Positions 36,183 to 48,735 of a DNA stretch of 64,000 nt are shown piece after piece. A model generated the notes under the pieces. That model had not been told where the DNA came from and did no database searches. It saw only the letters and a program-made list of their open reading frames with translations. Each line of letters starts with the position of its first letter. Positions within the stretch are counted from its first letter, which is position 1. This DNA is from Squalus acanthias (Eukaryota), in assembly GCA_030390025.1 (NCBI GenBank), contig CM059432.1:85066001-85130000 (forward strand), in the 5' to 3' direction. A program made the position numbers and the translations under genes.

Positions 36183-37171
36183 GGCCCAGAAATTCGCCTC
36201 TCCGGCTTGCCGCGGGGGTAAGGATTGCGCGCGCACTTACCTACCGCGCCTGCCGTTGTGTTTTGGACCCACGGGAACTTCAGCTCCTGGGCCTGCTCCA
36301 AGAGCCGGCGCACAGTGCGTGCGTGTCCCAGGGGCGTAGTTAGTGCGATGCGTCCCCTGGGATCACGTGGGCCATGGAGAGCCAATGGCAGCAGACCATC
36401 TTTCATTCATAGATTTGACAGGAAGAGCTGTCAAATCTGTGAATTGAAATCGGCCCCAAAAGAACAGCTAAACTTAAAATAATTTTTTTAAAAACCATCA
36501 CATTTATAAAATAACTATAGTTAAATAAATTAACCACTTTAAACAAAAATTTTAATTTTTGAAAAAATTAAAATACTTTTTAAAAGTGATAAAAATAAAC
36601 TTACCTTTCTTTAAAGTATCTAAAAAAGATAAACCTGTTGAAAAAATGTTTAAATTATACTTAATTAACCACTTACCTTGTTGAAAACAGCTCCTGCGCC
36701 TCCTTTTTATAAAAATGAGAAGTCGCACAACACCAGGTTATAGTCCAACAGATTTATTTAAAATTACAAGCTTTCGGAGCGCTGCTCCTTCGTCAGGTAA
36801 CTCTACCTGACGAAGGGGCGATAGCTCCGAAAGCTTGTAATTTTAAATAAATCTGTTGGACTATAACCTGGTGTTGTGCGACTTCTCATTTTTGTCCACC
36901 CCAGTCCAACGCCGGCATCTCCGCATCCTTTTTATAAGCGTAGGTTCTTCACTACTTACCCTCTCGTAGAAACCTGAAAAAAAATCTAAGTTCACTGCGT
37001 GCGCGCAGCCTCTACCGCACGTGCGGTTCACCTAGGAACTGCCCCCTTCACCAGACCGGAAGTTCCGGTTTCCCGCGCATGTGCACTGCATGCAGGAAAC
37101 CGGCACTTCGGGACGCATTACGGGTGAGTACACAGTGCGTACTCACCCGGGAAGGGCCAAATTTTTGGCCC
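36183..37171 (-). mobile_element. Harbinger-type MITE inserted in the Gypsy 3' UTR
   Basis: TIRs GGCCCAGAAATT / AATTTTTGGCCC, TSD AGT/AGT. Confidence 0.88.
36713..36925. mobile_element. Penelope-like inverted terminal-repeat insertion with two hammerhead cores
   Basis: Palindrome 36711-36893 with ~90-bp arms. TSD TCCTTTTTATAA at 36701-36712 and 36926-36937. CTGACGA...GAAA on each strand. Confidence 0.8.
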
Positions 37172-37332
37172 AGTATAGTTTTATTGTATTTGAGAGGAGA
37201 ATACAAACATTTTTTTTAAGGGGTATAGCACTGTAATGTTTGTCACATGTTTTGGTATGAGCATGCTCAGTTCGCTCTGGCCTAATAAAGGAAGCACATG
37301 GACTAGCAACTCATCGTGTCTCTGTCCTTCAT

Positions 37333-37890
37333 GGGGCACTACCATTCAATATCGCAGCACTACGTGCAACAGCACCATGCGTGCCGGCACTTAGCGCCGT
37401 GGTACTATAAGCCTCCTTCCCCTGATTAAAGGGGAGGGGCCTAGCGCAGCACGCACCAGGGCCCAGTTGGACCACCGGGGAGCGGGGTGCCGGCAAAGAG
37501 CCCGGCACTCAAGAGGAGTGCCGGGCTGACTGATCGCAGCCGGCACCCCGCAGGAGGAGGCGAAAGGGGGCAGGTGCTGGTAGGCAGCCCCAAAAAAATG
37601 GCCGCCCAGCACCTGCCCTTTAATTTGCGCCGCCATGGCCGCAAACATGGCACCCTGACCCTGTTGGACATAGCGTCCAGTGGTAGGTCAGGGGGCACGA
37701 GCGAAGTTTGCGGCCGGGGCGCTGCGCATGCCGATGATGTCATCGCCAGAGGCGCAGCGCCACGGGGCGCTACCGCTGCTGCCGCCGCCGCTAACCTTCC
37801 GCTGAACTTCACGGGAGGCGTTAGTGGCGTCGCGCCTGGGCGCTAGGTGCTTTGCGCCCCATTAGCACAAAGCAACCCAATTTTTTCCCC
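37333..37890. mobile_element. GC-rich Harbinger-type MITE, right half
   Basis: Ends AATTTTTTCCCC. TAGCGC-type motifs as in 23773-24503. Confidence 0.6.
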
Positions 37891-37892
37891 TT

Positions 37893-38075
37893 AATCTCTT
37901 CTGCCTTTCACCAATCACAGACCTTCCCTTTTCTTCTTTTGTCCCCTCTTCCCTGCCTCTGCATTTGCTTAAAGCCTGTTATATCTCTAACCTTTTCCAG
38001 TTCTGACCTGAAACATTTCTCTCTCCACAGATGCTGCCTGACCTGGTAAGTAGTTCCAGCATTTTCTGTTTTTAT
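37893..38075 (+). mobile_element. Penelope-like terminus, hammerhead stem II deleted
   Basis: CAGTTCTGAC|CTGAAAC...CTCTCTCCACAGATGCTGCCTGACC matches the reverse complement of 17975-18100. Confidence 0.55.
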
Positions 38076-38299
38076 TACACTAGCTTTGATGTTTTCATAT
38101 GTGAGTTGTTGGTGTCATATTATTTGGTTTTCTGGGATTTAATTGCAGTTTTTATTGGCAGGACATAATGTTTTTATTTGGAGGCTGGGTATCAGCGGTT
38201 TTGGAAGGGGCACAGAGGTGGGAGGTTGGGGTGGTACTTTCTGGATGGAGATATTCAGGATAAGGCAACTGTTTTAATTGGCTGCCTAGTTGCTAATTA

Positions 38300-39270
38300 T
38301 GTGAGTGCTCCTTCATGGTTCTCAGCTGACTCTTCAGAATCTTCCTCCAGCTCCTCATTGGTGGCAACAGCAGAGTTCAGTTATTGTTAATCCAATATCA
38401 CATTTCAGTCTATGGCAATAGTATGTCATAATGGTCCTCACACCTTGGCTGGTCAATACTGTATTAGCCCTCCAGATCAATCAAAGCACTAAAAACTCTG
38501 ATTTAGGGTCGCGATAGTTTCCTTTGGGCACCCTGGTAGATGCACGTGCCTTGTTGTGCTTTCTTTCTGCAGCTCAGGTAGTAGGATTCTTCAAAAGGGT
38601 CATCAGCCATAGCATGAAGGACTATGCCCAGTCTCACAGCTGTCACCCCTTAATCCAGTTTTGCATTCAACTAAGGGATGGTAGATTGCCTCAAGATGAA
38701 GGTATTGTGTGATTTGTGGGGAAATTATCTCATGGGGTGACCACATACAAGTTGAACATTGATAGGAAAGCACCTCTTTCTGTACATGTAAGTGCAATAT
38801 GAGTGCCATCCACTGAAACCTGAACCTTTGGGAATCCTGCTACACAGCAGAAACCCATGGAAGTTGTTCGTTGTTCCTGGGCAATACAACGATGCAGCAC
38901 TGACAGGCACTGACAGGCAAGTATTACCCATGTCACCTGTCACTGCCTGGAAATTTTCTGTGGCAAAGAAATTCAGAGGAATTGTTACTTTAATGACAAC
39001 AGGTGCCAACCCTGCAGTGAGGTTTCAGGTCCTTTACAGAAGGTTTCAGCTCTCCTTTACCACCTCCCTAATAAACCTATCTCTAGATACACTGTTCCTG
39101 AAACAGCTGTAAGAAGACTTGGGATCTATATATTTTGTTTTAGGATGGTCATAAACACAGCCCCTTCTCTTCTGTTGCTGCCTCACCTGCCTTGCCTATC
39201 GTAGCTTCCCTTTCATCCTCCTTTCTCCAGGCAGCATAGGTGGCACCCTGAATTGCACACCCATTATGGT
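38300..39270 (-). pseudogene. Highly degenerate Harbinger transposase
   Basis: IKVTIPLNFFA, AGFPKVQVSVDGTHIAL, RKRCFPINVQLVC. Confidence 0.8.
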
Positions 39271-39966
39271 GCTTCTGGTTGCTGAGTTAAAAGGTAGAAA
39301 TGTTTTAGTCCCTCCTGTAACCTGCCAACAGCCTTTTACACATGCTTTTGCTTAAATGCTGCTTCCAGAATGAAAAGCAGAAACCTGCAATGGTTTTCTG
39401 TATGTTAGTGACTAAACTGCTAACTTACCTGGCTTATGATGCTGAATTATCTGTGGAGAAGCAGCATCTAACCTGTAACTGGTGGAAGTAAGGGGAAAAG
39501 GTCGCAGGTCAGTATGTCAGCTGATCTCAGATAGGGCATCAATAGAGGTTGCAACGACATAACATGAGTATTTATAGAATTCCTTTATTCAGTAAGTGTT
39601 AATATTTCATATCAATTTGAATATATGAGTCATTCCCTTATTAATCAGTGTCTGACAATGAAATCATTAGCAACGGGCTTGAACCAGTCTGCAGCAGGCA
39701 GGGTACCTCATATGGAATTCTATTAGATAAGGCTGAAAGCTATTATATTATGTTTTCTTAAGACCTTAATGAAGTTACTCCTTTCATCAATTTTAGATTA
39801 AAATGAACCTTGATAAAAGTTCAAAATAAGAATATTATTGGGTTCAGGAGTAGTATCAGAATTGATGTAAAAATGCTGTTGCAAAGGAAGGAGAAAAGAA
39901 TAGAAAAAGTAAAGAAACAGCGAATTAGAAAAAACAGAAGCCTTGCACAATAAAATTAAGAGTAAA

Positions 39967-40300
39967 ATGGAGAAGTTGCAACATCCACCTGGACTTCAGA
40001 TGACTGGAAATCTTGCAGAAAAGTGGAAAATGCTTAATTAATATTTTGTTTCGTTTGTAACAAATGAAATGTGTGAAAAGAGGGATGCACCCACTTTCCT
40101 ACATATCACTGGGGAAGCAGCACTAGATATTTATCTTCAACTTTGAGGAAGAAGAGGATTTGGTGCTGGATGTAATAATACATGTGCTTGGGTGATACTA
40201 CAACCCTAATGGAAACATGGCCTATGAAGGGCGCAAATTCTTTACATACGTGTAGAAAATGGGAGAAACCATTGATCAATATGTAACCTTATTAAGAATT
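39967..40300 (+). pseudogene. Isolated Gypsy-type gag N-terminal fragment
   Basis: MEKLQHPPGLQMTGNLAEKWK...GEAALDIY...GETIDQYVTLL across frames. Confidence 0.55.
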
Positions 40301-40309
40301 TGCAGTAAC

Positions 40310-43272
40310 AGAAGAAGGAGGAGGACAAGGAAGGGAGGAGGCAACCTAGACAGCGCCTTTGTGACCAGACTGTCCATGAACAACTCATCCGACTGCGATA
40401 CCAGTAAACGCAACCCCAATTCCCCATTCACCAACAGTCCTACACCTTACCTTTCCTCTGTTACTGACCATCACAGCATCCGCTTGGCCACAATGCAAAA
40501 ATAAAAGCCAACACAAAGGAGACATTTCAAACCAAATTTATAAATCAAAACATGCCAGATTACATACAAACGTAAACTAATCACCCTTGTGCATTCCCTA
40601 AGTGCCTATCTTACGTGTGCCTTTGCCTGTCCTAGTGCTCCTACGCAGTGCTGCCCGAGTAGCTGCAGCATGGCTGGTGGAAGGCTGCTGACTTTCAGTG
40701 GGGGAGACTGCAGATGGCCTTGGAGGACGACCTCGAGCAGCTCTGGGCTGAGAAGGCCCAGCTTCTGACTGCACCACCTTGGCATGGGTGGCAGCAGTCT
40801 GGGCTGGCTGGCTGACAGGCAACAGCAAGGGCACTGGCGGAGTGGCAATGGTGGGAGGAGGAATGCTGTCATCCTGAGCGTGGACAGCAGGTTTGTGCTC
40901 CACAAAGCCACTGCCACTCCCCCTGGGCCGTGCCTCAGCAATCCTAATAATCTGTTGGATGACAGATTGCTGGACTGCTGTGACACCCTGCATCCCCTTT
41001 GAACACGGGTATCCGTAGCCATGATGGCAGCAGTGTGAGCTTGCATGGCAGCAAACTGATGTCGCATGACCGAAGTCTGAACTTCCACTGCAGCTTCTGC
41101 TTGTGCTGCAATGGAAGCTGAGATATCAGCCATCAGACGCTGCATCATGGTTGGAACAATAAGTGTGCTAATGGAGATGGCCACCACTTCCACGTTGGAA
41201 AGGATGGGCTCCAAGTTCTGTGCAAAGTCCTGTACAAAGTTGCTGCCAGACTCCTCTATGCTCCTTTTTTAAAAATTCATTTATGGGATGTGGGCGTCAC
41301 TGGCAAGGCCAGCATTTATTGCCCATCCCTAATTGCCCTTGAGAAGGTGGTGGTGAGCCGCCTTCTCGAACTGCTGCAGTCCGTGTGGTGAAGGTACTCC
41401 CACAGTGCTGTTAGGTAGGGAGTTCCAAGATTTTGACCCAGCGACGATGAAGGATCGGCGATATACTTCTAAGTCAGGATGGTGTGTGAACTTGGAGGTG
41501 GTTGTATTCCCATGCACCTGCTGCCCTTGTCCTTCTAGGTGGAAGAGGTTGCAGGTTTGGGAGGTGCTGCTGAAGAAGCCTTGGCGAGTTGCTGCAGTGC
41601 ATCTTGTAGATGGTACACACTGCAGTCATGGTACGCCGATGGTGGAGGGAGTGAATGTTTAAGGTGGTGGATGGGGTGCCAATCAAGCGGGCTGCTTTGT
41701 CCTGGAAGGTGTCGACCTTCTTGAGTGCTGTTGGAGCCGCACTCATCCAGGCAAGCGGATGCAAGCTTTCTGGCATGCCTGCCATTGCACCAAGCATTTA
41801 ATTGTGCATACTCATCAGTCTTCTTCTGTAGTCCTCCCCATCAAATTGCTCATCTGAGTCCTCTGCAGCAGAATTCATGTGCGACCTTGTCCTCTGGCGA
41901 GCTGGCACCTGCGCAATCCTTGCCCACTGCCCTGGCTACAGGCGACTTGAGCCCGGTGTCTCATCACATGCAGATCCCACCTCTATACTATCCTCTAAAT
42001 TAAGCACAGTGTCAGTATCTGAGTTGGTGGCTACGAGTGTGAAATCGAGTGATGGTGTTTCTTCGTCATCAGTGTCTTCTTGTTCTTGTACCTGTTGCTC
42101 TTCCACCACTGCCTGGCTAGGTGGTAGTTCTTGGGTATCTGAAAAGAGAAAGGCACAAGGGTAGGGTTGTGGTGAGTGGAGGGGGGAAAGTAGGAGGTGC
42201 ATGCTTACACAATCTGCAGCCTGTAAATCAGAAGAGATTGTGGGATGAGAAAGAGGATTAGGTATAAGGATACCGTAATCTTCTATCATTTCAACCCTAC
42301 TGCTGACCATGGTCTCAGCAATGGCCGCTCCAATGATGGTGAGCACCATCTACTCCATGGGGATAAGGACAAGTTGCAGTTCCTGTCCTCCGTTGGTTAT
42401 CTCCTGCTGCCACCAGTTGTGCGCCACCTTGTCCTGCAAAAGAGAGGGAAGTGTATCATTGAGTGTCGTCCAAATTGTTTGAATGATGTGGCTGTTGGTT
42501 GAATAGCTGGCAGTGTGTGCAAGCTGTGAGATGTGGGTGTGAGGCTTGCAGCAGTGCTAAGTGTGTGAGGGTGAGGTGAAGCTATGAATGTGAGCTATGA
42601 GTCCTGATTGAAAGAGATTGTTAGTAGGTGAGTGATGGGGGTGTGGTGCATTAAACAGTGGCGAAGGCTAGTGGTGCAGTTGGTGGGATATGGCATTTGA
42701 AGATACATTCACTGGCCTTGACCACGCTTGTGAGGACATTGACCTTTTTGTGGCACTGCATCCAGGTCCTCCGGGCTTGACTCCAGGCATTGACCGCCAC
42801 AGCTACCTGCTCCCACTGCTTTCTGAGTGTTTGTCTGGAGGGCCTCCTGGACCCCAGTGGATAGATCACATCTTTGCTCCTCTCCACCTCCTCCAAGGCC
42901 TCCAATGCAGCATTGGAAAATCTTGGAGCCCACTCTTTCCCATGTTGTGGCATTATTATATCTTATTCCACATCAAAATGAGTTCCACAATGACTTCCAC
43001 CACCTGTTTCAGCCACAATGCACCTCCCCTTTAAGAGGTGCAGGCTGGCTTTAAGTGGTGCCAGCCTCTCAGAATTTTAATCCCCTGCTGAGGCGTGCAG
43101 CCACTCAACGGTGCGCTTAGCGCTGGCTGCACGCTGCAATCTTGTTAATTAGCAGGCAGCACAAAGTTGCCGTGCTGCTTGCATCGGAAGCAATGTGCAT
43201 TAATTAACAATGCGGGTTAATCGCGCATCACTATCCCCAGGCCCGTTTTCGGGAGCTATCAAATTTAGCCCC
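40310..43272 (-). mobile_element. Harbinger half: transposase 3' tip plus spliced Myb/SANT gene and terminus; LINE 3' fragment nested at ~41264-41756
   Basis: APRFSNAALEAL...RTWMQCHKK, acidic exon, RRSTRTGKG. Terminus AAATTTAGCCCC. Confidence 0.85.
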
Positions 43273-43510
43273 CTGTAAGTTAGAATGGTGAATTCAATGT
43301 TAAATCAAGTACAGAAACAAAAATATAGAAAGGGAAAGAAAGATTGGATTAAGGGAGAGAGAAATAAGAGACAGAAAGAGAAAGTTAAAAAAGTTTAATT
43401 TTAATGTTTTTTTAATCTAAAACAACAAATAAAACTGAAGAAATGAAACTCCATACTTATAATAGTTAATTTTCAGGGACAGAGAGGTTAACTGGCAGTA
43501 ATGGATACTT

Positions 43511-44621
43511 CTCTCTTCTCTCTTAGGCTGAACCTCGGAACCGAGGATGACTTGCTTCCACATTAAAAATCAGTTCTCAGGTGACTGATGAGTCCAATGC
43601 AGGAGCTACAGTCTCTGTCACAGGTGGGGCAGACGGTGGTTGAAGGGGCGGCTGGGTGGGGTGCTTGGGTTGACGTGCACTCCTTGCGCTGCTTGCGCTT
43701 GGCTTCCGCTTGCTCGAGGTGTTCGGCGCCTTCCCGGATGCTTCTCCTCCACTTTGTGCAGTCTTGGGCCAGGGATTCCCAGGTATCAGTGGGGATGTTG
43801 CACTTTTTCAAGGAGGCTTTGAGGGTGTTCTTGAAGCATTTCCTCTGCCCACCTGGGGCTCTCTTGCCATGTTGGAGATCCAAGTAGAGCGCTTGTTTTG
43901 GGAGTCTCGTATCGGGCATGCGGACGATGTGACCCGTCCATCGGAGCTGATCGAGCATGGTCAAAGCTTCGATGCTGGGGATGTTGGCCTGAGCGAGAAC
44001 ACTGACGTTGGTGCGCCTATCCTGCCAATGGATTTGCAGGATCTTGCGGAGGCAGCGTTGGTGGTACCTCTCCAGTGCTTTGAGGTGCCTGCTGTACATG
44101 GTCCATGTCTCTGAGGCATACAGCAGGGCGGGTATCACTGCTGCTCTGTAGACCATGAGCTTAGTGCCGGGTTTGAGGTCCTGGTCTTCAAACACTCTCT
44201 TCCTCAGGCGACCGAAGGCTGCACTGGCACACTGAAGGTGGTGTTGGACTTCGTCATCGACGTCTGCCCTTGTTGACAGTAGGCTACCGAGTTATGGAAA
44301 GTGGTCCACGTTGTTCAAGGCCTTGTCGTGGATTTTGATAATCGGGGAGCAGTACTGTGTGGCGGGGGCAGGTTGGTAGGGGACCTTTGTCTTCCGGATG
44401 TTTAGTGTAAGGCCTATGCTCTCGTACGCTTCGGCGAAGGTGTTGACGATGGTTTGGAGTTCGACCTCCGAGTGTGCGCAGACGCAAGCGTCGTCTGCAT
44501 ATTGTAATTCGATGACAGAGGAAGGGACGACCTTGGATCTGGACTGGAGGCGACGGAGGTTGAACAGTTTCCCGTTTGTTCTGTAAATTAGCTCCACTCC
44601 AGCGGGGAGCTGACTGAGGGT
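43511..44621 (-). mobile_element. RTE-clade LINE, 5'-truncated
   Basis: LQYADD, WQDRRTNVSVL, LRWTGHIVRM, RLPKQAL, C-terminal CPTC..H..., (AGAGAGA)n-type tail. TSD GATACTT at 43504-43510 and 44622-44628. Confidence 0.9.
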
Positions 44622-44739
44622 GATACTTATTACGTCATTAAAAGGGTACTCAGACTTGAAATGACTTGACTTAACAGCAACTTCTCGATTTCCATGTTTA
44701 ATCGCGCATCTGGTGTCACTTGAAGTTGCTGTGGTATTT

Positions 44740-46770
44740 CCATTTTTGGCAGGTTGATAGTGCTGCCATTGCCTGCGCCTGCTGCAGAAATGGAAATTAT
44801 GCAGATCGTGACGTCAATGAGTGGGCAACGCTCATTTGACGCACGATCTGCCGTTTTAGCCGTCGCCGCTCCACTTGCTGCCCTCTCTTAATCACGACCA
44901 GCTGACCAAGCATTCAGCAGCTGGAAGGAGACTCCAGCAGTGATACTTAAAGGGATCATCATCAACAACTTGCAGCTGACATGGTTTCTCAGTTTGACTG
45001 GCTCTGTGTACCTTTCTGCAACTCTTGCAGCTTTCTAAACTTGTTGAAAGTTCCTGATGTGACAGGGAGTGTTGGTGTAACCTTCATTTTTATTTAAAGG
45101 CTTCTACTCACACCACTTGCTCATAGTCATGGGTCCTCTACTTGCAGTCCCCCTCGCGCTCAAGTATCTTCGGGGAGGGAGCGGAGTCAGCGAGAAGAAA
45201 AGAAGATGCGCACAGAGGGAAGAGGAGGAGGGCCAGGAGGGCTCTCAACAGGAGGCCTTACCCACCTAGAGTCTTCTGAGAGCACTTCTCTTATCTCCAC
45301 TTAAGTGAGGAGCAGTGTACTAGGAAGCTCCGCTTCACCAAGGAGGTGGTCACAGAACTCCGCCACCTCCTGCAACCAGACCTGCGGCCTCAGAGCAGGG
45401 TGACCACAGCTTTCCCAGTAGCCCTCAAGGTCACCGGGACCTCAATTTTTCCGCCAGTGGAATCTTCCAGTCTGCAACAGGAGACATAGCTAACATCTCC
45501 CAGTTCGCCGTCCATCACGGCATCTGAGAGGTCACACAGGCTCTTGACTCCAGGAGAAGAGACTACACTGTCTTTTCTCTGAAAAGGGAGAGGCAGGACG
45601 AGCGCATGTGTGGCTTTGGCAGGATATCGAGCTTCTCCATGGGCCAGGGCGCCATCGACTACACACACGTGGTTTTGCAGGCACCATATACCAACCCTGA
45701 GATCTTCTGTAACAGCAAAGGCTACCACTCACTTAATGTGCAGTTGTTGTGTGACCACACCCAACGATTCATGATGGTGAATGCCCGGTATCCTGGCAGC
45801 ATTCATGATGCCTTCATCCTGTACCAGCAATCTTCCAGCCACCACATCAAATCCCTCCGCAACCCTACCACTCGTGCCCAGCATTCATATAATGACAGCC
45901 ATACTGCCACCAGGGACATCATCGAGCAGACCATCGGTGTGCTCAAGCAACGGTTCCGCTGCCTTGACCTATCGAGAGGAGCCCTCCAGTACTCACCAGA
46001 GCGGGTGTCCCATTTCGTGGTGGTCTACTGCATGCTCCACAATTTGGCCATCATGAGGGCCCAGCCCTTGCCACCAGGGATTGTGGGACCACCTCAGGAG
46101 GAGGAGGAGGGAGAGGAGGAGGAGGAAGAGGAAGAGGATGAGGACGAGGAGGGAGGGCGGAGGAAGGCAGCAAATCCCCGTTCCAGACGGTTGTCCGTGA
46201 ACGCCTCATCAGACTCTGATTCTAGTAATGAAACCCCAGATTCCCGTTGCTCACCACTTCCCCATCAGACCATCCCTCTGTCACGGAATATTAAAACATC
46301 CTCCTGGGCACAAAGCTGAAATGAGAGCCACCACAAAATACACATTACAAACAAAAATCATAAATTTATCCGAATCCAATCAACATTACACTATCAACTA
46401 ATCACCCTTGCGCATTCCCTTAGTGCCTGTCATTTGTGTGCCTTTACCTACTCTAATGCTCCTACTCAATGCTTCCCCAGTGGCTGCAGCATGGCTGGTG
46501 GAAGGCTGCTGACTCTCAGTGGGGGAGACTACAGATGGCCTTGCAGGATGACCTTGACTAGCTGTGGACCTAGAAGGCCTGGCTTTAGATTGCACCACCT
46601 CGGCATGGGCGACAGCAGTCTGGGCTGGCTGGCTGATAGGCAATGACCGAGAGGCAGTGGTGGGAGTAGGAATGCTGCCATTCTGAGAGAGGACAGCAGG
46701 TTCTTGCTCCACAGAACCACTGCCACTTCCCCGGGAGGACAGATTGCTGGCCCACTGCGACACCCTGCAA
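44740..46770 (+). mobile_element. Harbinger fragment (degenerate transposase +, Myb-gene tail -)
   Basis: [50 protein letters not shown]. Confidence 0.85.
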
Positions 46771-48735
46771 GAACATAAGAACATAAGAATTAGAGCAGGC
46801 CTAGGCCATATGGCCCCTTGAGCCTGCTCCGCCATTCAATAAGATCATGGCTGATCTTCAACCTCAACTCCACTTTCCCGCTGGATCTCCATATCCCTTG
46901 ATTCCCCTAGAGTCCAAAATCTATCTATCTCAGCCTTGAATATACACAATGACTCAGCATCCATAGCCCTTTGGTGTAGAGAATTCCAAAGATTCACAAC
47001 CTTCCAAGTGAAGAAATTCATCCTCATCTCAATCTTAAATGGCCGACCCCTTATCCTGAGACTCTGCCCCCTAGTGCTAGACTCACCAGCCAGGGGAAAG
47101 AATCTCTCAGCATCTACCCTGTCAATCCCTCAGAATCTTATATGTTTCAATGAGATCACCTCGCATTCTTCTAACTCCAGAGAGTATAGACCCAATCTAC
47201 TCAATCACTCCTCATAGGACAACCCTATCAACCCAGGGGTCAATCTAGTGAACCTTCATTGCACCACCTCTAACCAAAGCCCTGTACAATTGTAGTAAGA
47301 CTTCATTGCTCTTGTACTCCAACCCCCTTGCAATAAAGGTCAACATGCCATTGGTCTTCCTAATTGCTTGCTGTACCTGCATGCTAACTTTTTGTGTTTC
47401 CTGTACGAGGACAGCTAAATCTCTCTGAACACCAACATTTAATAGTCTCTCACCATTTAAAAAATATTCTATTTTTCTATTAACATAAGAACATAAGAAA
47501 TAGGAGCAGGAGTAGGCCAATTGGCCCCTCGAGTCTGCTCCGCCATTCAATAAGATCATGGCTGATCTGATCCTAACCGCCAATCTACTATCACAGAACC
47601 ATCTCCTGAACCTAACAGAATTGGACACACGAAATAGGAGCAGGATCAGGCTACACGGCCCCTGGGCCCGCTACGCTACCCACAGGGCCATGACCGATCC
47701 GAACCTAGACTCATGTCCAAAATCCTGCCCGCTCCCCGTAACCCTTAATTCCCTTTACTTCTAGGAAACTGTCTATTTCTGTTTTAAATTTATGTAATGA
47801 TGCAGCTTCTACAGCTTTTTGGGGCAGCATATTCCATGGACCTACCACCCTCTGAGTGAAGTAGTTCCTTCTCATCTCAGTTTTGAAAGAGCAGCCCCTT
47901 ATTCTAAGACTATGCCCCCTAGTTCTAGTTTCACCCATCATCGGGAACATCCTCCCCGCATCCACCCGATCCAACCCCTTCACAATCTTATATGTTTCAA
48001 TAAGATCGCCTCTCATTCTTCTGAACTCCAATGAGTAGAGTCCCAATCTACCCAACCTCTCCTCATATGTCCATCCCCTCATCCCCGGGATTAACCGAGT
48101 GAACCTTCTTTGTACTGACTCGAGAGCAAGTATGTCTTTTCTTAAGTATGGACACCAAAACTGTATGCAGTATTCCAGGTGCGGTCTCACCAATACCTTG
48201 TACAACTGAAGCAATACCTCCCTATTTTTATATTCTATCCCCCTAGCAATGAAAGCCAACATTCCATTGGCCTTCTTAATCACTTGCTGCACCTGCATAC
48301 TAACCTTTTGAGTTTCGTGCACCAGGACCCCCAGATCCCTTTGTACTTCTATACTTTCCAATTTCTTGCCATTAAGATAATAACTTGCTCTACTATTTTT
48401 CCTGCCAAAGTGCATAACCTCACACTTTCCAGTATTGTATTCCATCTGCCAAATCTCTGCCCACTTACTTAGCCTGTCTATGTCCCCTTGCAGATTTTTT
48501 ATGTCCTCCTCACTCACTACTTTCCCGCCCATCTTAGTATCATCTGCAAACTTTGATATGTTACACTCGGTCCCCTCCTCCAAATCGTTAATATAGATTG
48601 TAAAGAGTTGGGGACCCAGCACTGACCCCTGCGGAACACCACTAGAAACATAGAAACATAGAACAGTACAGCACAGTACAGGCCCTTCGGCCCTCGATGT
48701 TGTGCCGAGCATTGTCCGAGACCAAGATCAAGCTA

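Larger units (their letters stand above)
31676..37332 (+). mobile_element. Ty3/Gypsy LTR retrotransposon, degenerate gag-pol
   Basis: 5' LTR 31676-31812 (TGTAAT...ATTACA), PBS-like TGGTGACGAGG, 3' LTR 37232-37332 (truncated). Domain order gag, PR, RT, RH, IN. Confidence 0.92.

Noticed and set aside
38300..39270. Continuation of the transposase interrupted by Gypsy at 31676
   Set aside because: It repeats the same protein region (KVTI.LNFF onward) and is more decayed, so it is a separate copy.
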